Assembly (NCBI GenBank): GCA_001643675.2 | Contig: LSRY02000061.1 | Coordinates: 400,227 to 464,226, forward strand | Source: Monocercomonoides exilis PA203 | Taxonomy: Eukaryota; Protista; Preaxostyla | Length of the DNA: 64,000 nucleotides | Direction: 5' to 3' | Part shown: piece by piece, positions 39,450-53,211 of the stretch | Layout of the letters: the number at the start of each line of letters is the position of its first letter | Position numbering within the stretch: the first letter of the stretch is position 1 | The notes under the pieces: generated by a model | The model's input: only the letters and a program-made list of their open reading frames with translations | The model's database searches: none | What the model was told of the DNA's origin: nothing | Program-made: the position numbers and the translations under genes

Positions 39450-41500
39450 ATAGTGCAACACAATTCGCAGCTTGCGACTTGGAGATGTGGAGAGGTTGAT
39501 CTTCTGGCTGATAACACTAGGATCAGAAAGACCGATACTGAGCGACTTCAAAATATCGGACGAAGTTGCTAGCATCATATTTTTACTGACATAGTGCACA
39601 GACTACAGCATTGTGAGGGAAGCAAAATGATTTTTGATCGTATACAGACGTGAAGTTGAGACGGCGGGCTGGTGAATATGGCAGGGGCTTGAAGAGGCGA
39701 GGCAGGGTAGGAAATGAGGGACCAAACGAATACCAGAGATGGTGGTGTTGCAGCCGAGCGGGAGGCAGAGGATGTCCTACTGATTTATGATTCGTCCTTC
39801 AAAGAAGAAACAGTTTCTACAAATGGAGGCAGGAACAAAGCTCTTGCCTGGGTTGCGAGGTGCTCTTTGGAGCAGTAGATACTACCAAGCAGTTTACACT
39901 TGAAGAGGTTGTGTTTGCCGGATGTGATGAGTGGAAAAGAAAAAAGGTGTTTGTGTCGGATAGCATTCTGTTGGTTGAGGTGGATACCGATTATTTCAAC
40001 TGGACCATAACCAGCACCAATCTGAGCTCCCTTGACGAGCTCAACGGATTCGAACTGGAGAAATCCTGCTCCAAGATTCCTTCCTGCTGTAGAATATTTC
40101 TGGACCAACATGACCAGCAAAGTGTTTGTTGACTGAGAAACAGGTTTGGACTTCAGCGCATATGGGTACTGGACTGCTCTCTGGATATCGATCATTTATT
40201 CTATTTTGCAAGAAATTGCTGCTGTTAATGTGAGCATGCATCCTCCACCTGGGCAGTTGCTCCCAAACATCAGAAAGAGTTAGTGGGCTGTTTGTCAACG
40301 ATCCCAAGCATGCAAACACATCTGCCTCTCTTTTCTTCCTCAACATCCATTTCGCCTTGAATGCTGCCTTTATGGGCAAGGATGTTTTTTTCCGGTGCTC
40401 CTCCATCCCCGCCCAGATCAACGAGTCCCTCCTTTCCATCGACTTCACACAGCCCTCCCTCGATACAAACACATCAAACTGTTGTTCCTACTCCTCCCAT
40501 ACCGATCTTGATTTGGATTTCGATGCAGATATCGAACTTCTCTCCTTCATCACCTTCTAACGCGCCCAGCAGATATTCATCGACCAAGACATCATCTCTT
40601 TTGCCTTCTGTGATGCTCATCGCTTGCCTCCTGCGCTTCACTCTTCACAGTCGTACTCCATTTCTACCGTACCATCGGCAACGCCTTCTGAATCTTCGCC
40701 TCCTTTTTCTTCGACACCCATATCTCTCTTTCTGACGTGCTAGTCGATTGAACCTCTGGAAATCTTGTCCCTGTTCACTTCGCCACAACTTTCTCGTTGC
40801 CGTTGTCGCTTTTTTCAACAACTGCATCCTCATCAGCTTCCGCTTTTCCTTCGTATTTGCCCGCTCTTCCTTCTACTGCCTCCTCGGCGGATCCCTTGCG
40901 GAACATATTTCCTTCTTCTTCTGCTTCTTCTATCACAAATCAGCCAGAAAGCTTCGAAAGCATGATTCACATTTTCTTCAACTTCATCTCGTTGAATCAG
41001 CTCTGTGGTAACCTATCATAGTGAAACAGCCAAAGAAACCATTGCCCAGAGCGGGGTTCCATTTTCCCTTGAAAGCTCATCAGTTTTCCACTTTCGCTCA
41101 TCAGCGACACTGGAGGCATGTTCAATAAGCAGAGGCACTTCGAACTTCAACAAGGCTTTTTCAGCAACACATTATGCAACAACGAAATGACCATCACTAA
41201 TAGCACACTGCATGGAATTTGCATATAAAATGACTCTCTTTCTCTTGGCCTGAACAGCGAAGTTATTCACATTTTCCTCACAAGCCAGTCCAGCGAGCAC
41301 AGCTGAAGCCCCAGGTCGTTGCATCCTAGTTGTCCAGCATTTTCACCATAGCAATGAGCCAAATATCTTCATCTCGATGTTCTCCTCCTGCAACCCTATC
41401 ACAAGATCAATTATCGATTTCTGCATCAGCAGCACAACAACTTTCTGCAGATGACCCCTGTATTGCAAAAATGTTCGCGGATGGTGATATTCAGGTGTGA
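39450..41500 (-). mobile_element. heavily decayed retroelement-like remnant (possible DIRS/Ngaro-type gag-RT)
   Basis: GC-rich island. Minus-strand peptides ELVKGAQI, FPLITSGK, VSSLKDE and LVFVWSLISY..LQAPAIFT fall in the order expected for RT motifs but are very degenerate. Confidence 0.3.
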
Positions 41501-42489
41501 GAAGTCATTCTTCTGAAACACATCACAAAATGCAGCTAATTTAACAATCTGATAGGAGGATGAGATTAAAAAGAAAAAAGAGGAAGTGAAGGAAGGAAAG
41601 GAGAAAATACGATTAAAGAAATAATAATGATGATAATGATGAGTAAAATGTTGAAGATATTAACACGAGAAATGAGAAAAAGGAAAAGAGAGATGAAGTG
41701 GATGCTAAAACAATGGAACATAAGCATAATAAGAGCAGAGAGAGGCGAAGATAACTGGATGAAGCGAATTCAACGAATATTTTAACACACTTAGCGTAGG
41801 AGGAAGCAAAAGAAAAGAAACAAAAATTCCGCAAAGCTTCAACAAGACGCAGAAAAGTGAAGATTCAGCATATGAGCGAAATGAGAAAATAATTAGAAAG
41901 TTCAAATTGAGATGGTTAAGAGAATTAAGATCTATTTTCTAATGTGTTGAAAGAAAGAGAGGGAGAAGAAGGAGAAGAAGGAGAAGAGGAGGAGGAGGAA
42001 TAAAAAGAGGAAGAAGAAGGAGAAGGGGAAGGAGATGAAGGAGATAAAATGAATGAAGATGAAGTTAATGAAGAAGTTGTAGAAGAAGAAGAAAAAGTTA
42101 TTCTTGTTAAATATGATTGTTATGTCGAAGGAGAAGAGGGAGAAGAGGGAGAAGTGTAATTGGATAATTGTTACAAATGTGATTGAGCAAATGTTTTGGG
42201 GAAAAAATGTTTCATGATGAATAGAGAAAGTTAAAGAGAGGAAAGAAGGGTTTGAACATTTGACAACGAATGGCGCTGTCCGTATGAAATTTAATAAGAA
42301 AGATAGAAAAGAAGATATTTTAGGAGTTGTGAATGAAATAATAATGATTTTCTATACTGAAAAGATGAGGATTAATCGCATCGCTTCAATTCAACGTCAT
42401 CTGAACTTCCGCACTTTCTTCAATTGTTGCTTCCTCTTCTTCTTTAACTTTATCTAAACTCCATTCTTCCATTTGGTTATCACACATAC

Positions 42490-43060
42490 CAATCCACAGA
42501 CAAATCAGCTCATTCAAAAATCTCTAACTAATGTTCTGTACCTTCTTCAGAAGATCCATCGCGTTTTGTGTGCTCTTGAAGTGTATTTTTGATAGCCAGC
42601 AATACATTGCTTTGTTGCCAAGATGATTATCCACATATTCATTGTCAGATGTCTGCCCATCAAGAAATATAAACAAATCGACATTCCAGTTGTTAAATGC
42701 ATCTGTTCTAACATGTCCAACAACCGAGTTGTCTTTCTGAGTGATGCTTCTCATGAAGGTGAACAAGGGTTCTTTCACAGAGGCGACAAATGATTCGCAC
42801 GCAAAATACATATCTCTTCCAACACCGGCCTTGTTGGCTGAAAACACGATATTGGTGATGGCAAAGGAGGATTCTGACACTTCTGAATCATCCTTGTATT
42901 TGATCATGAGAGCACCGCCTCTTCCTCCAGAACTTGTATCCTCGCTCGCAGAGCAGCTGGAGAAGGTTGTGTTGCTCACAGAAAACGAGTTGGCGGGGGC
43001 AGATGAGGTGAATAAGATGCACCAGCCATTGGTTGCAGTTTTTTGGTTCAGCTGTGCTAA
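42490..43060 (-). pseudogene. fragment of beta-helix-like surface-protein family
   Basis: FSSCSASEDTSSGGRGGALMI...FSANKAGVGRDMYFAC motif typical of such repeats; truncated. Confidence 0.55.
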
Positions 43061-46000
43061 GATGTTGCTGTTTTTGGTGCAGTTGATAATGGAAAGGGAA
43101 GAAAGGAAGAAAATATTGCGCTTATTGAGGATGGTGGAGCAATTAAAGATGCATGGAAAATGGAAACGAGATAGAGAGAATATTGCAAAATTTTTGAGAT
43201 ATTTTGAATAATGGAAGAAAGAAGAGATTTTAGTTGGATATTGGATTGAGAAGAGAAGAAAGAGCAATCAATGTCAATAAAAGGTTTTGGAATAACAGGG
43301 TGACATAGAGAAATAATGAAGTGGAAAACATTGGAGAGGGAAGTTTTCAATTTTAGTGGTATTTTCGAATTGATGATTTTGTTGAGGAAGAGCGGAAATG
43401 GAAGGAATATGAGTGGCAGATGGAGAAGAAAGCAAGAAGTGAATTAAATAGGAAGAATAAAGATAGAAGCAAATAGGTGGAGATAGTTGTTGTTCTTAGC
43501 GTTATCTGATGTTCATCAATTTCGTTCAACTTTTGCTGAAACTGCTGAGCCTCATAGCTGGAAGATAGATATGACAAAACAATTTTCGCTGAAGAACTGG
43601 AGAAAACAAACGTTTATCATCCTTAAAATTTTTTTAAATTTTTAATCTTCATTGAAATATTCTCCAATTTTTATTTATAATGTTCTTTCAGCATTTGTAT
43701 AACAATACAAATACTGTAACTTTTTATTTTCCTTTTAAAGATCGATTTTTCAATTTTTTTTTAAAACTTGATCAAAAAATTCTTTTTTGCTTAAAACATA
43801 AAAAGATGTATGTATTTTTGTATAAATAAATAAAACAAATATATATTACAGAAAAAAAGCTAAATACTTACAAAAAATCAATTTGATTTTTGATCAATAA
43901 ATACCACAATAGATTTTATTTTTTCGATTTTTGATCTTTTTTTATGATATCAAAAAAAATCACCCATATCGATGATAAACATTTGATTTTCATCTTTTTT
44001 CCTGAAGATAACAATCATAATAATGATTGCTTTCATCTCTGAACTTGACAATATTGCACTGACAAGATATGATTTTTGGTGAATTGGAATGTGAAGAGAA
44101 AAAGAAGAATAAAAATAATTTTATGTTCATTTTCTTCGTAAACAGTAGTCAAAATGGCATCAGATGAAGAAATCTGAACAGAATACAGGCTGGACAGAAG
44201 TGCAGAAAATTATTGAGATACAATCAGAGAATGAATATGTGGACGAAAATTGGAGAGAAGGAGGAGGAGAAGGATAATAAGGAGAAGGAGAAGGAGAAGG
44301 AGAAGAAGAAGAAGAAGGAGGAGAAGAAGAAGAAGAAGAAGAAGATGATGATGATTTTGTTGATTACAATGAAATAGAAGAAGATAAAGATGTTTGCTGC
44401 AAAATGAAATGATTTGAGTTATATGAACTCAACAAATGCTGTTGAATGGAGAAGGCGATGAAAAAGACTCTTCGAAAGGAGCAGCAGTTGAATAGAATCG
44501 CTTCGAAAGTTGAAATGGATGCCAAAGATGATTGTGAATGTGTGGAAATCTGCTTTCTTTCCTGAATGCGAGCAAACAGCAGAGTTGGATTTCTGCATGA
44601 TTGAGAATTTGAAGCACTTCTTTCCGGAGAAAATGCATGCAAACCAGAAAATCCAATCGAAGAAAAATTGACAAAAAAGAAGTACACGTGGTCATCGAAA
44701 CATGTTCAAAAAATTGGCAAACTCGTTCCATGTTGAAACACTTCGATTTGATGGATTTTCAAACAACAAATTCTCAAATACGAAAAAGGAGATCTTTTCA
44801 TCAGCCAAATTAAAAAAATACATTCAATGAATAGATAAAAAGAGAAGGAGAAGAAACAAAGGAAGCAATATAAATGCTTCTTGAAATGGAATGTTCCTGA
44901 AAATGATGCACAACAAGAAAAAAAAGCTGTTCATTGAATTGGAAATAAAAAGATATAAAATTAAAATTAGTCTTGCATTGAATATAAAAATTCCTCAAAA
45001 GTTCACGCCTGTCCTTCCTGTCGCAAAAGCAGAAGATTGCTTTGTCACCGAAGCTGTCAATCTCCTTTTCCATTATTTCCCAGTGCTCAATTCTCCATCA
45101 TCCTTTTTTTCAGAAAAATATTCTGCTTTCGATGTTGTCAACCATTTTTTTCAGAAAAAAATATCTTGAATAATTTTCTTTCCAAGCGCTGCCCTATTGT
45201 TAACATTCTTCTTTTTCATCTCCTCCAAATGCTTTGAAATCGAATTATCTTTTCTTCCCCTATTTCAATTGAATGCAAAAACTCCTTTTTGATAACTTTT
45301 ACATTCGCAAACTTTTAAAACGTGAAGCATGAAACAGTCATTTTTTTAGCAGAAATATTTTAATCATGAGTTAACATATGTTCACATACAAAAATGAAAT
45401 TCTGAAAATTCCTTCATTTTCATTTCTCTCTTACAAAAGCAAAAGGAAAACAAATTTATTCACACAGAAAAAGAAATGACAAACGCATTGAAAAAGAAAA
45501 CATGATTTTCAATTTCTTTTAATCGATGAATAATTATCTGTAACTGATTTTCATTGCTGATCAAAAAACAGACTCAGACAATTTTAAAAACAAATTTGCA
45601 ATTTCATTATCATATCTTCATTCTTCAAGAATCCTAATTGATTCGAAGAATTCATTGAAATTTTGAAGGTGCTCGAATTGAAATTACAAAATTTTCATAA
45701 ACCCTTTATAACACTACCAAAACAATATCTTCCTCATATTAATTAGGCAATCTATTTTAAAAGCAACATTCTTTGAGAAAAATCGTTATTGATATAAATA
45801 TGTATTGTTTTATGTTAAGTTTTTTCGAAATCTTTGTTTTGGATAATTTTTCATGATAATTCGTTCAAATATTTTTTCTTAAAAAAAGAAAAATATAAAT
45901 ATTTTCTGTTTTTCACTCAACAATCTCAAATAAATACGTTAAAGAAACTGATTATTCATGCTTTGAATTCATTTTTTCCCAGTTGCAAATTTTTTCACTG

Positions 46001-46879
46001 AAAGCGCTTGAAGTGCCATATTTTCCCCCATCTTTTCAAAATCGCATATTTGTGATAAACAATAGTTCATTATTTGAACAAAAAAAAAAGGTGAAAATAT
46101 TTTTAGCTTTGTTTATATTTCAGTTTTATAAAAAAATGGTGAGGTGTGAAATCTATGGAAATAAAAGAGTTCTCATTGTTTTAAAATAACCAAAAATATA
46201 AAAAAGAAAAGTTTAAAAGTGGTATCAAAAAGAAAAATAATCAAATTCAAAAGCTCGTGGAAATACGAGCATGTCTTTGATCGCATTTGTAAAATAAAAA
46301 TCTCAAGATCTTTTTTGAAAAATGGTAAAGGTAAAAAATATTCACGGAAATTGAAAATATAAATGTTTTAAAGGTTTCTGTTTATCTAACTTTGTCCACA
46401 AAAGCTTTAAAAACCAGAAAATTATAGGTACCAATAAAAAAAATAGGTGGCAATGAAAATATGAACCTATTTTTGGAAACAATACCAATTGTTTTTGAAT
46501 GAGTTTTAAAAAAGACTCATTCAAAAAAGAAGAATATTTTATCAATGCAATGCATTTTATCAAATGAATCGCAAAGTTTTTCAAATAGACGCACATTGAA
46601 ATGTTTATTCGTTTAAAGAATTGAAAGCAGACTCAATTCACAAAAATAAACTTATTCACAATAACCAAGATTTTTCAGTATTCATCCACGCAAGTAGCTC
46701 TGTTTAATCATTCTCAAATTTGCAATTGCTAAAAAATGACTTTCTATGTTTGGAACCATCTCAATAAAACAATTTCTTCATTTATTTCTTTTCTGAAGTT
46801 TTCTTTTCACTCTTTTTCTTGCTTCCTATCAATACTTTTCGACAATTTTTCCAATTCTCTTATTCCATCCTTTGCAAAA

Positions 46880-47620
46880 TGAAGTTCATTTTCTGTCACT
46901 TCTTCTAAGCTTTCTTCATTTCTCAATCTGTGCACCAAAAATTATTGAGCAGATTGATATTCAAGCTGTGTTTGACTGCGACTTTCGTGATGATATTGGA
47001 TGATATCTTTGATTTCATTCAGATACATTTCTTTTTTTATTTTCTGTTCAAATAAAAGGGAAAAAATCGCATAATATATTCAGAGAAAATACACAAACAT
47101 AGAAGGAATCAATGCAACTCAGCACCAATAGAACCATTTCCACCTCTTTCTGAGCTTCCTCGTTTTCATTTTCATTCGATGCAAATTTCAGCAAGCAAGG
47201 AGCACTAATTGAAACCAAGTCCGAAGATGAAGCATCGTTTTGCAAAAGATAACACTCACAAAGACCAGCCAGAAGCTTTTCATCCTTTTCTTCTTTCTTC
47301 TCATTTTCATCAATCATCATCTTTTCTATTCTTCCTTTCAACAAAGATTCCAAAAACCCATCCGCCCATCCACTTTTCAAACCTTTGCAATATTCCATGT
47401 GCATCAACAGCAAGATTGCATTCCCCATTGATAGTTTCTCTTCCTCAATCATTTTGAGTATTTTGTCGGTAGCGTTGTAGTGAAAACAATATTGAATTCT
47501 TCTTCATTCATTTCAATGATTTTCTGTCTTTGATCTTCTTCACTGCATTCTTCAAACTCTTAAAACAATTCTTTGAGTTACAAAAAAACATGATGCTCGG
47601 CATTCCAGAGACTGAATTAT
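46880..47620 (-). pseudogene. decayed copy of the expanded lineage-specific family
   Basis: MIEEEKLSMGNAILLL...EKKEEKDEKLLAGLCECY...EEAQKEVEMVLL; paralogous to 17100-17870. Confidence 0.65.
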
Positions 47621-49813
47621 TGATACAAACTCAAAAACTTTTCTGTAAGTAGCAACTCTTGTAGTTCATCGATATGCTTATCATTCGTATGCAATGTCAT
47701 TCTGTTTATTGCAAAAAACGTAGCGTTTATTGAACAAAAGTTTAAACAAAATCAACAATTGATAAATACAAACAAGTTTGATTATCTTGCAAAATGAAAA
47801 GGAAACAACAAACCAACAATTGTTTTTCTTAACAAATTTAGTGTGAAGAAAGGATATTCACCGATGCAAATGATCTTGGCTGGAAAAGGTCAGAAAATCA
47901 AATGTATTGTTTCTCTTTGATCAAACCAACAAAAAATTGTGATGTTTAAAATGGTTTAATATTTTGAAACATTTTCTTTCATGAATCAGATATCTTCTTG
48001 GATTGGAATTGGATTAATATCTGATATTCAAAAGGAGTTTTTCTGAGGAGAAAAAACGAAACAGGCAAATCCTAAAAATAAGGGAAGAAAAAGAATTTTG
48101 TTTGAAAAGCAGATGAAGTCTGAAGACAGAGGCCTTGAATGGCTGCTAACATGAATATTTCTGTTTTCAATCTAATTTTTTTTTTCTATTTTCATTCGTG
48201 ATGACTTTCAGGATTGTTGAAGAAGAAAGAACAGAAAATATTTTTCATAAAAAAATTATTGACCTTTCGGAACGAAAATTTGGCAAAAGGCAGAAGGACA
48301 AATGAAATAGTCTTGAAAGGAAACAGACAATAATTCAAAAAGCTTGAGGGCATCCCCAACACAAGATGTTGCGTTCCATTATTGGTGGAACATCTACGAT
48401 GACTGAGAGTGACATTTTTCTTTGGCTTTTTTCAAATACGTTTTGCATTCAAATGTCATTTGGCTTTTGTGAATGATGATCAGAGAAGAAATGTTAGAAG
48501 GCAGCTGTGCCATGAGATGCATCAGGAAGTTCAAGAATTCAATAACACCCTTGGTTATTCATCAAGAAGCCATAAGTTATGAATCAGAGAATTCTGCTGC
48601 TCAACCAAAAGAATGAAGAGAGCGGAAGAGAATTCGGATTTATAATCAAAATGCTTCCTTTGACGCACACATTTCTCTTCTTGGGACAAATCAGAAACAA
48701 TTCTTTGAACTTCAACGACCTTCACAACATATTTCATTGATTTTCAAAAAATGAAAGGAAAAATTTCAAATATTTTTTCAACCCTTCTTTTTATTTATGG
48801 AAGCAGCACAGTAAAAAGAAGAAACACTTGATTTTTCAGTCAATTCTGATATGATTTTCTCAAAGCATATAATTTGCAGCATCGACATCTTCAATGAGAA
48901 CATTTCTTGTTGTGTTTTTCAGCATTTGCAGTTGTTGCGAACAATGAAGATCCATCATTCACAGAGACCTCCATCGAGTCTGACATTATTCTGCTTCTTC
49001 TGTTTTTTCCCATTTGAATTAATGTGCTGGAAATGCCAATGACAAGAAGTCTTCAAATTTCTTCAATCTGTTTGAAGATATTTTTCTTGATCGAATGAAG
49101 AAGTAATATTTTATTTTATAGTATTAATCCTTCTTCTTCTTCTTCTTCATCGTTGTTATCACCTATAAGTTAAAATGAAGTTGTAGAAATAATTCTAGGG
49201 CAGACAAAGCTATGGATTTGAATAAGGTGATATTTTTGGATTAAAGATGAGGAGAAATTTGATTGGTTTTTTATTAAGGAAGCCGAAACATAGCAGATGG
49301 GCTTTGCAGGTTGAAACGTTAAAAATTTGGAGGAGGGAAAAATGAAATTCTTTGAAGATTGTCCGATGAAAATAAAACAACGTCGAGAATGGAAGGATAG
49401 AATATATTATGAATCTTTGAAGACTGTGCTCAAAAAATGAAGTGCATTTTGTGTGAAATGAGGAGGATGAAATAAATGAAAGGAAAGGAAAAGAAGTGAT
49501 TTTTTTTTTTTTGAATGTTTCGAAAAAGCATATTCAACGAATCATATTAAATGAAAAAAGAATGAGAGGAAGTTGATGAAAAGAAGAAAATACAAATTTA
49601 AAAAATATATGACCGGAAGAAAATTGAAGAAGAGATATTTGTAACGAAAATAGATGGAAAAAAAATTCAATCAAGACGAATGAAGGGAGGAAATAAGAGA
49701 AATGAAAAAAAAAGGAAAATTGAATAAATGATTTTTTTCAGGAATATTTGAAGAAAGGTAAGAAGGAGGAAAAGGAAGAAAGTTTACTGAAATTGATGAA
49801 GATGCAAAGAAGA

Positions 49814-51050
49814 TCAGGCATGTGTTACAACATCATCCAATGAAAGAAACCCGCTCCCACAAGAGTCCACAACCACACTCTGTGAAGAATCTGCTATTGA
49901 GTTGAAATCAATCATCATGTACAATAAACCAAGGTGACCTGTTGATACACTGAACAGCGATCCCGTTGATGAAAGTGCCCCTGTTCCAATCGCGCTCTTC
50001 TCTTTGCCCGTCCCAATGATTGAAATCTTCTTTGTCCCAATCTCAATCATTGTTGTCTCATTTTAATGATTTCCATTCATCAGCGTGATTGTCAAGCTAA
50101 TCTGTATCTCACACATCTCAAACGCCTTCTTCACTGTCAGACACGGAAATGTTGTATTTGCACCACTCAACTCAAAATTATCATTTCCATTCACCGAAAC
50201 ATAGATCGTCTTATCCTCCAACCATTCCTTCTTTTCTATATGTTGTCCAATCCAACTCCCTGAACCCGAATAATCATATCCATAGCACACTCTCTGACCA
50301 TCTGTGTTTGTTGTGTAACATTCATGGAACGGATTTCCTGAAGAATAAAAATATAAATTGTAATTATCCAAGTATATCATGTCGTGCCCATGTGGAGGAT
50401 TACCCAAGCATTTGCACACATGGAAGAAGAGAAAATAGCAATAAAGCCCATCAGCTGGCACAGTTTGCTTTATTGGCTCGAAATGTAATTCTCCTCCAGT
50501 TGACATCGCAGAACATGAAATAAACTGAATGCTCCTCATTTTGAATTGATTAGGAATATTTACACAACGCATGCCCCCATCTTGTGAATTTGTTATCGAA
50601 CAGTAAGCAAAACTGCAGTCAAACACTCACGAACTCTCCCCTTTTTCATTTTTGTCTGCTAAACATCCTTGTGAAGAAACATGGAAATATAAAAAAAGTT
50701 CTTCTCCGTAACAAACTACTTTTCGGTCTGGAATTCATAACCTCTGATTCGGGTTATTGATGAAATGGAATGAGCACATATTCCTCCTCCATCTTGATTC
50801 TGGGAAGGACAAGAATTGAAAGAGCTGTTCTCAATCTTGACTGAATTAATTGAGTTGCACATAATTCCACCAAAAACATTGAACGCATGGGAGTTGTTGA
50901 ATGGTCAATGTATTACTAAAAATGTTCCTGAAGCCAGGTTAGACATGTTTATTACAATTTCATATGGAGCTCTATCTTTATTTGAACAGCTTGTCTAAGC
51001 GTTTAATACATTTGTGAAACACCAATAAATTGGGTTCTCAACATTTTCCA
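49814..51050 (-). pseudogene. decayed beta-helix-like surface-protein gene
   Basis: Frameshifted ORFs 50063-50626 and 49814-50050 (FISCSAMSTGG, IYVSVNGND..CLTVKKAFEMC, KISIIGTG). Confidence 0.6.
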
Positions 51051-51514
51051 CTCTTGCTAATAATGACTCTATCGGACTCAAAAATTACAGGAATTTTGAA
51101 ATATATTAAGTGATAATAATAAAAAAAAGAAAAAATAGTTTATTTGACGAATTTAAAAGTGATTAAACAAAAATTGATCAAATGAATTATTGGTTTGTTT
51201 TTCTTAAATATGAAAATGATATCTATTTCTATTAATTATTCGAATGAATAAAATGTGAATATTGAATTTTTCTTTAAACCAAAAAGATAATGGAATAATT
51301 CTGATATATTACGAAATAAAAAATAAATGATGTGAAACCAAAAACAAAACTTTCATTATCAAAAAAACATTGACAATTGAAGAAAAGAGTTTCAACACTT
51401 GTTTCAAATGTTTAACGAGAAATGATGGGAGGAAGACTGTTTCTTATGAATTGATCAATATATAATTTGAATTTGAAAATGCATAACATTAGGTTGAGAT
51501 CAAATAACGTATTT

Positions 51515-53211
51515 ATGAGCAATTTTATGTTTTTTTTTATCACAGCAGTATCAATTTGTCAGATCTTAATAGCGGAAGACGATTGTTCATTTAAAAAAAA
51601 TGAGTTGTTCGCTAAAGATCGCATTGCAAAATGTCTACAACATTTACCAGTTTGAAAATATGGAGATTCAAAATTTTCTATTGAATTTTTTTGTTTTGAA
51701 AAAATTATTGGCAGTATAAAAAAGGAGAAGGAGAAACTGCGGAGACAATGAAGACTGTTCGAAGTTACGTCGACAGCTATGTTTATCGTGATGTCTTGGT
51801 CAATCCTCCTTCTCCATTTGCTGGATATGATATAATTGCAGAATTGGATAAAATTGAAAATACAGATTATGCAAATGGGCTGGATTATCATCTTGCAATT
51901 GCAAACGCCTTCAATCAACTTGGAGATGCACATACAAATTACGTTTTTCCGTGCTCAACATTATTTTCATATGTTTTTCCTTTTAGATTCATCTTTGAAG
52001 TTGCTGATCCAACGAAGCCAGCAGAAATCACAGTCAAAATTGCAGAGTCTCTAACTGATGGTGCAACAAAAAAGTATATTGAAGAAGGCGGAATTGATCT
52101 TACTGGAAAAGTTGTTACAAAGTTAAATCTTCCTGATTTGGATGATTCTGAAAATTTAAAGCCTGAAGTGGCAATTGCAAAATGGGCAGATAAATACGAG
52201 AAATTTTTTCGGACTCCCGCTGCCAGATTGGCATATGTGATGACTCAAGGGTCTTTTTTTGTGAGATCACCGATTTTGTATCCGATTCCAGAAGGAGAAA
52301 TAGGCGTGACTGTTCAAACCGATGATGGGGAACAGACAGAAAATATTCCATTTTATGGATTTTCAAATTCAGATATTGTTGACGTTAATGACATGCTTTC
52401 AACAAAATGCCCTCTTCAGGATAAAATACAAAGCAACAATATGACTGAGCAAACAAATGGGGAACAGCCACTTTTTGAGACTAACGAAAAACACTTCCTG
52501 TCTGTGATGGATTTACACAAGGATAATCCACACTTCCAACAAATCAATGAAAGCATCCATAAGTCGCAGGAGTTAAGAAAAGCTATCAAAAAGAATCCAG
52601 TTAATTTTCCGCCAAATGAAAAGTTACAACTTCCATTTGAGAAGGAAATGCGGTTAAAAGTGGAGAAGATAATATCTGAGCAATTTTCTCTTTATGACAA
52701 ACAGAGAAAGAGCAGCAGACGCAATCTCACATTTAAAGAAAGAGTCGACGAAAAGATCAGAAAATTGAAAACAAATTCAGACAACAATCACAAAACACCC
52801 GTCAATTGTTCCTCCAACGAAGAAAAGCCTCAACTGAAAGTACTTAAAAATGCTTCGCATGTTCTTTTTGGAGTAATTGATGAGTATGAAATTGGCTATC
52901 TTTTCATAGGAACTTTCTAACCTGACACGGAAGACGACATAGATGTGTTTGTGGAGACTGTCATTGAAGGAATCACAAACACAAAGGAAAAAGAATACAA
53001 GCTTGTTGTTGACTTGCGTACAAATGGAGGAGGTTATGCGGTCTTATCTGATCTGCTTTTCAAATTACTATTTCCAGAAGAATATCCCGTTTTCCCCACA
53101 AGTACTGCTGTTGCTTCCGAGTTTTCAAAAATTTATCTGAAATATATTGAAAAGCCTCCTTTTGAATTTATAACAGAACCAGAAACACAAGAAATAATTA
53201 GGTTAGGTTAG
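51515..53211 (+). pseudogene. S41-family (CPAF/tail-specific-protease-like) secreted peptidase, 3'-truncated
   Basis: Signal peptide MSNFMFFFITAVSICQILIA and an intron at 51650-51714 join in frame to ORF 51748. Motifs AFNQLGDAHTNY and LVVDLRTNGGG are present. There is an in-frame TAA at 52918-52920, and the frame ends in telomeric TTAGGTTAGGTTAG before the catalytic-Ser region. Confidence 0.75.
53198..53211 (+). repeat. interstitial telomeric tract / left junction TTAGGTTAGGTTAG
   Basis: Identical to the first 14 nt of the terminal telomere (59374-59387). Confidence 0.85.

Larger units (their letters stand above)
38558..43965. mobile_element. putative TIR element (GGGTGATT...AATCACCC ends, ATAT on both sides)
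   Basis: About 28-bp imperfect inverted repeat GGGTGATTATTTTTGATATCATAAAAAA / TTTTTTATGATATCAAAAAAAATCACCC; no transposase seen inside. Confidence 0.5.
31304..46467. mobile_element. large (about 15 kb) TIR-bounded element with TA-flanked GGTTCAT...ATGAACC ends; left TIR interrupted by a pogo element
   Basis: About 33585-33955 is a near-perfect inverted copy of about 46072-46448. TAGGTTCATATTATCA at 31302 matches the reverse complement of TGAAAATATGAACCTA at about 46454-46469. Confidence 0.65.

Noticed and set aside
52918-52920. In-frame TAA suggesting TAA/TAG=Gln recoding, as in some oxymonads
   Set aside because: Long ORFs (1199, 886 and 684 aa) contain no in-frame TAA/TAG and use CAA/CAG for Gln; a nonsense mutation is simpler.
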